A DNA stretch of 46,619 bases from NCBI GenBank assembly GCA_964565095.1, contig CAZMDB010000001.1, positions 1 to 46,619 of the forward strand, given 5' to 3'. The first letter of the stretch is position 1; every line of letters begins with the position of its first letter. Position numbers and translations under genes: made by a program. Below are positions 44,531 through 46,619 of this stretch, in pieces. Origin of the DNA: an uncultured Methanosarcinales archaeon. GTDB lineage: Archaea > Nanobdellota > Nanobdellia > Woesearchaeales > DATGWN01. Below the pieces are notes generated by a model. The model had not been told where the DNA came from, ran no database searches, and was given only the letters and a program-made list of their open reading frames with translations.

Positions 44531-44878
44531 TTATTTCCTTTTCTTGCGGGATTTCTTGCGGCCAGTAGCCATAGAGACAGCACCAGCAGCAGCACCGATC
44601 GCAGCACCGATACCAGCAGCGATGAGCGCCGCTTTCTCCGGGTTCTTCTCGATATAGGTCTTGACCTTCTTCTCAGCTGCCGTGAACTTCTTCTTGGCTA
44701 CATCCATGTTCTTCTTGGCGCGCTTCTGCAGTATTTGTGCTTGCTTCTTGGCTTCATCAGCCTTGGCCTTTGCAGCAGCCTGCAATGTAGGCGATGCGCG
44801 TGAAGCCTTCTTAGTGGCCCTTTTTGGTGCAGCACGCTTCTTTGTCGTTTTCTTCTTGGCAGTCTTTCTCTTTGCCAT
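44531..44878 (-). CDS. Lys-rich coiled-coil protein with a C-terminal Gly/Ala-zipper membrane anchor (YtxH/ElaB-YqjD-like architecture)
   Basis: SD AGGAGGAG lies upstream. The N-terminus is basic (KRKTAKKKTTKKRAAPKRATKK), followed by a helical middle. The C-terminus is AALIAAGIGAAIGAAAGAVSMA followed by RKKSRKKRK. Confidence 0.55.
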   Translation of the reverse strand: MAKRKTAKKKTTKKRAAPKRATKKASRASPTLQAAAKAKADEAKKQAQILQKRAKKNMDVAKKKFTAAEKKVKTYIEKNPEKAALIAAGIGAAIGAAAGAVSMATGRKKSRKKRK

Positions 44879-44884
44879 TGTGGA

Positions 44885-45262
44885 TCATTCTCCTCCTTTC
44901 TGTTGTTTCTCTTGTGTGAGTTGACGGACCCGTATGATGAGCCCGACCACGATCACGATGATACCCATGATGCCGAATGCTTCATAGAACCACAGCCCCA
45001 AATCTTCGATGAGGAAGAAGAGGACTGCCAGGATGATAAGAAGTGCTCCTACTCCCATGAGGGCAGCGCTCTTGAGTCGTCCCAGGATGCGGTCCTCGAT
45101 GATCATGACCCGCTGTTCCGCCTTGTCCAACAGGATGTCAGCTTCCTGATTGACTTGAGAGAAAACATTAGAGAAAAGTGCTTGTGATACAGTAGAGATC
45201 CCTTCACGTACTTGTGCGAAAATGGTTGTCCACGAATGCTTATCCTCTTTTTTGCGTGCCAT
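44885..45262 (-). CDS. Two-TM membrane protein (phage-holin-3_6 / YqjE-like architecture)
   Basis: ATG 45262 is preceded by GAGGGA. A helical N-terminal half is followed by two adjacent TM helices (AALMGVGALLIILAVLFFLI, FGIMGIIVIVVGLII). It lies 6 nt upstream of the next gene. Confidence 0.55.
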   Translation of the reverse strand: MARKKEDKHSWTTIFAQVREGISTVSQALFSNVFSQVNQEADILLDKAEQRVMIIEDRILGRLKSAALMGVGALLIILAVLFFLIEDLGLWFYEAFGIMGIIVIVVGLIIRVRQLTQEKQQKGGE

Positions 45263-45378
45263 GTGATTATCCCTCTTTTTAATATGCTTAACTAACAAAC
45301 CGCTATATAAATAACTTCCGATTTGAGCATGCTGTTTTCTCGTAAACTATTAAAGCTTCCTTGCACAAAGGTTCACGT

Positions 45379-45852
45379 ATGGGAAGGTTGTATAGGGCGC
45401 AGCTGAATCCTGCATTGAAGGCGGTCTCTTTGATCCTGTTCGGGATTATTCTTGCAGCTCTGTTGATATTCTATATCGCTCTGGGAGGACTTTTCGAGCA
45501 GGGCAAGCTTCTGTTTGCGCAAAGACTGATCCCATTTGTAGTAATATTCTGTATCGTCTGTATCGTTATCCAGTATTTTATCATTTTCAAGTTCATGTTC
45601 TACATCCGGCTTGACGACGAACAGGTTTCGGTCAAGATCGGCGGTCTTTTCCCTAAGCGGTTCAAGTATGATTTTATCCATAGCATCTCTTTCGAGAGCA
45701 ATAGGTTAAAGAGCATCGACCTTGCCAAACCGATAGAATGGCCGTCGCACATGGTATTTCCAGACACAAAGAAGTTCTTGCAGGATTTTGAGCAGCGATA
45801 CCGGGAGAATACCGGACGTGAGCTTGTGCGAGTGCATAAATGGACATCATAA
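45379..45852 (+). CDS. Membrane protein with two N-terminal TM helices and a soluble C-terminal domain, hypothetical
   Basis: ATG 45379 lies 26-27 nt downstream of the TATA-like TATTAAAG (45348-45355). No domain was recognised with confidence. Confidence 0.5.
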   Translation: MGRLYRAQLNPALKAVSLILFGIILAALLIFYIALGGLFEQGKLLFAQRLIPFVVIFCIVCIVIQYFIIFKFMFYIRLDDEQVSVKIGGLFPKRFKYDFIHSISFESNRLKSIDLAKPIEWPSHMVFPDTKKFLQDFEQRYRENTGRELVRVHKWTS

Positions 45853-45884
45853 GGTTTATATCTCATCGCGGGCCGCGATTGTGT

Positions 45885-46433
45885 ATGGAAGAGAGACAAG
45901 CAGAGCTTTTGATCCGGAGATATGCACCTGGCCGGGCAGCAGAAATAATTTTGTCGCATTCACATCTTGTGATGGAAAAGGCTCTGTCGATTGCTGGCAT
46001 CATTCCGGAGGTAGATCTGCAGTTTCTAAAAGTCGCTTCTTTGCTGCATGATATAGGAGTGTCTATGTGCCATGTGCCGGAGATAGGGTGTATGGGAGAT
46101 CAGCCGTACATCTGTCACGGGATAGAGGGTCGTAAGATTATGGATGTGGAAGGATATCCTGCCATCGGGCTGGTGTGTGAACGTCATATCGGGGTTGGTT
46201 TACGGAAAGAAGATGTCATGTCCCGTCGGTTGCCCTTGCCGTTGCGCGATATGCTACCAGTCTCCATGGAGGAGAAGATTGTATGCTATGCTGATCTTTT
46301 CTTCACTAAGACACCCGGAAAAGAGTTACATGAGAAGAGCGAGGATCAGGTGTTGGATCAGCTGCGTCGGTACGGAGAGGAACAGGTGGAGAGATACTTT
46401 GCGCTGAAAAGGGCAGTGCTTGCTGGTAGGTAA
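45885..46433 (+). CDS. HD-domain phosphohydrolase
   Basis: H...HD context (SHSHLVMEKAL...ASLLHDIG), with further His/Asp (ICHGIEG, CERHIGVG). ATG 45885 lies 26-27 nt downstream of TTTATATC (45855-45862). Confidence 0.8.
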   Translation: MEERQAELLIRRYAPGRAAEIILSHSHLVMEKALSIAGIIPEVDLQFLKVASLLHDIGVSMCHVPEIGCMGDQPYICHGIEGRKIMDVEGYPAIGLVCERHIGVGLRKEDVMSRRLPLPLRDMLPVSMEEKIVCYADLFFTKTPGKELHEKSEDQVLDQLRRYGEEQVERYFALKRAVLAGR

Positions 46434-46451
46434 TTCTGCAGACGGACCAGA

Positions 46452-46619
46452 GCGCGGTAGGATGTTTCGAGATATTCGAGAAAAGAGATGTTGATGCTCA
46501 AATTCTGCGATAAGAAAAGATGCGAGGGGCGGGATTGTTTCGAGTGATACGAGAAACTCGAAGGAACTTATGTTCCTGAAGATGTTCAAATCCCATAAAA
46601 AAATGCGAGGGGCGGGATT
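46452..46619. repeat. Degenerate tandem repeat of about 83 bp (about 2.5 units, running off the window)
   Basis: The exact 17-mer ATGCGAGGGGCGGGATT occurs at 46520-46536 and 46603-46619. Shared blocks GTTTCGAG, CGAGAAA, AGATGTT, CAAAT and ATAA(G/A)AAAA occur in the same order in the units starting about 46452 and 46520. Confidence 0.6.
46604..46619 (-). tRNA. 3' end of a tRNA gene truncated by the window edge (identity unknown)
   Basis: The minus strand reads ...AAT-CCCGC-CCCTCGC-A followed by TTTTTTT. That is the T-loop end, a 5-nt T stem, a 7-nt acceptor strand, a discriminator and an oligo-T terminator. The two complete tRNAs here have the same layout. Confidence 0.45.

Noticed and set aside
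46452-46619. Possible CRISPR array at the window end.
   Set aside because: Only two identical 17-mers are present. The repeat period (~83 bp) is too long, the spacers are themselves homologous to each other, no cas genes are nearby, and the 17-mer is explained as a tRNA 3' end.
42321-46619. An integrated mobile element or genomic island bounded by tRNA-Thr and the edge tRNA.
   Set aside because: The interval holds no integrase, transposase, or replication or virion gene. The two tRNAs differ in sequence, so they cannot supply matching att sites. Only the short local duplications are reported.

Overview
This is an archaeal chromosomal segment. The evidence is aIF-1A, four tandem archaellins, an archaeal histone, CDP-archaeol synthase, and a TATA-box/leaderless promoter grammar. 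GC is roughly 47-53% in most genes by spot counts. I cannot assign a lineage from sequence alone. All protein calls come from motif recognition by eye on the supplied ORF track; no database search was run.

Layout, left to right:
- aIF-1A, then a membrane protein with a Lys-rich tail.
- A Q/P-rich protein whose stop overlaps a bacterial-type signal peptidase II (lspA).
- Four archaellin paralogs.
- uvrB, then a ~1 kb ORF-poor AT-rich gap holding a strongly structured ~150 nt element.
- A lipobox lipoprotein, then uvrA-uvrC.
- GNAT and MazG genes.
- A 1093-aa Cys-rich membrane-anchored protein.
- A wHTH regulator and a histone.
- A Trm11-like methyltransferase and a second wHTH gene, transcribed divergently from one symmetric TATA box.
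- A 1368-aa S8 subtilase surface protein, then tRNA-Arg.
- A PHP phosphoesterase.
- A CDP-alcohol phosphatidyltransferase plus CarS lipid pair.
- A ~9 kb glycogen locus: sugar nucleotidyltransferase, debranching enzyme, a 412-aa orphan, a eukaryote-type GT3 glycogen synthase, two uncharacterized paralogs, GH57, and a GT4/5 synthase.
- An Lrp-like regulator, then a cluster of SD-preceded micro-ORFs.
- A retropepsin-like protease plus RimK-type ATP-grasp ligase.
- An orphan receiver, a HAD hydrolase, an M18 aminopeptidase and a metallophosphoesterase.
- tRNA-Thr followed by a cloverleaf-like module and a second copy of its own 3' end.
- VOC, small membrane and MFS genes, then a basic/holin-like membrane pair and an HD hydrolase.
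- A degenerate ~83 bp tandem repeat carrying the 3' end of a tRNA that runs off the window edge.

No CRISPR array, integrase, transposase or recognisable defence system was seen.

Best candidates for new biology:
- The two paralogous unknown proteins inside the glycogen operon, next to a GT3 synthase.
- The micro-ORF cluster upstream of the protease/RimK pair.
- LspA plus a lipobox protein in an archaeon.
- The structured orphan element at 7294-7443.
- The tRNA 3'-end duplications.
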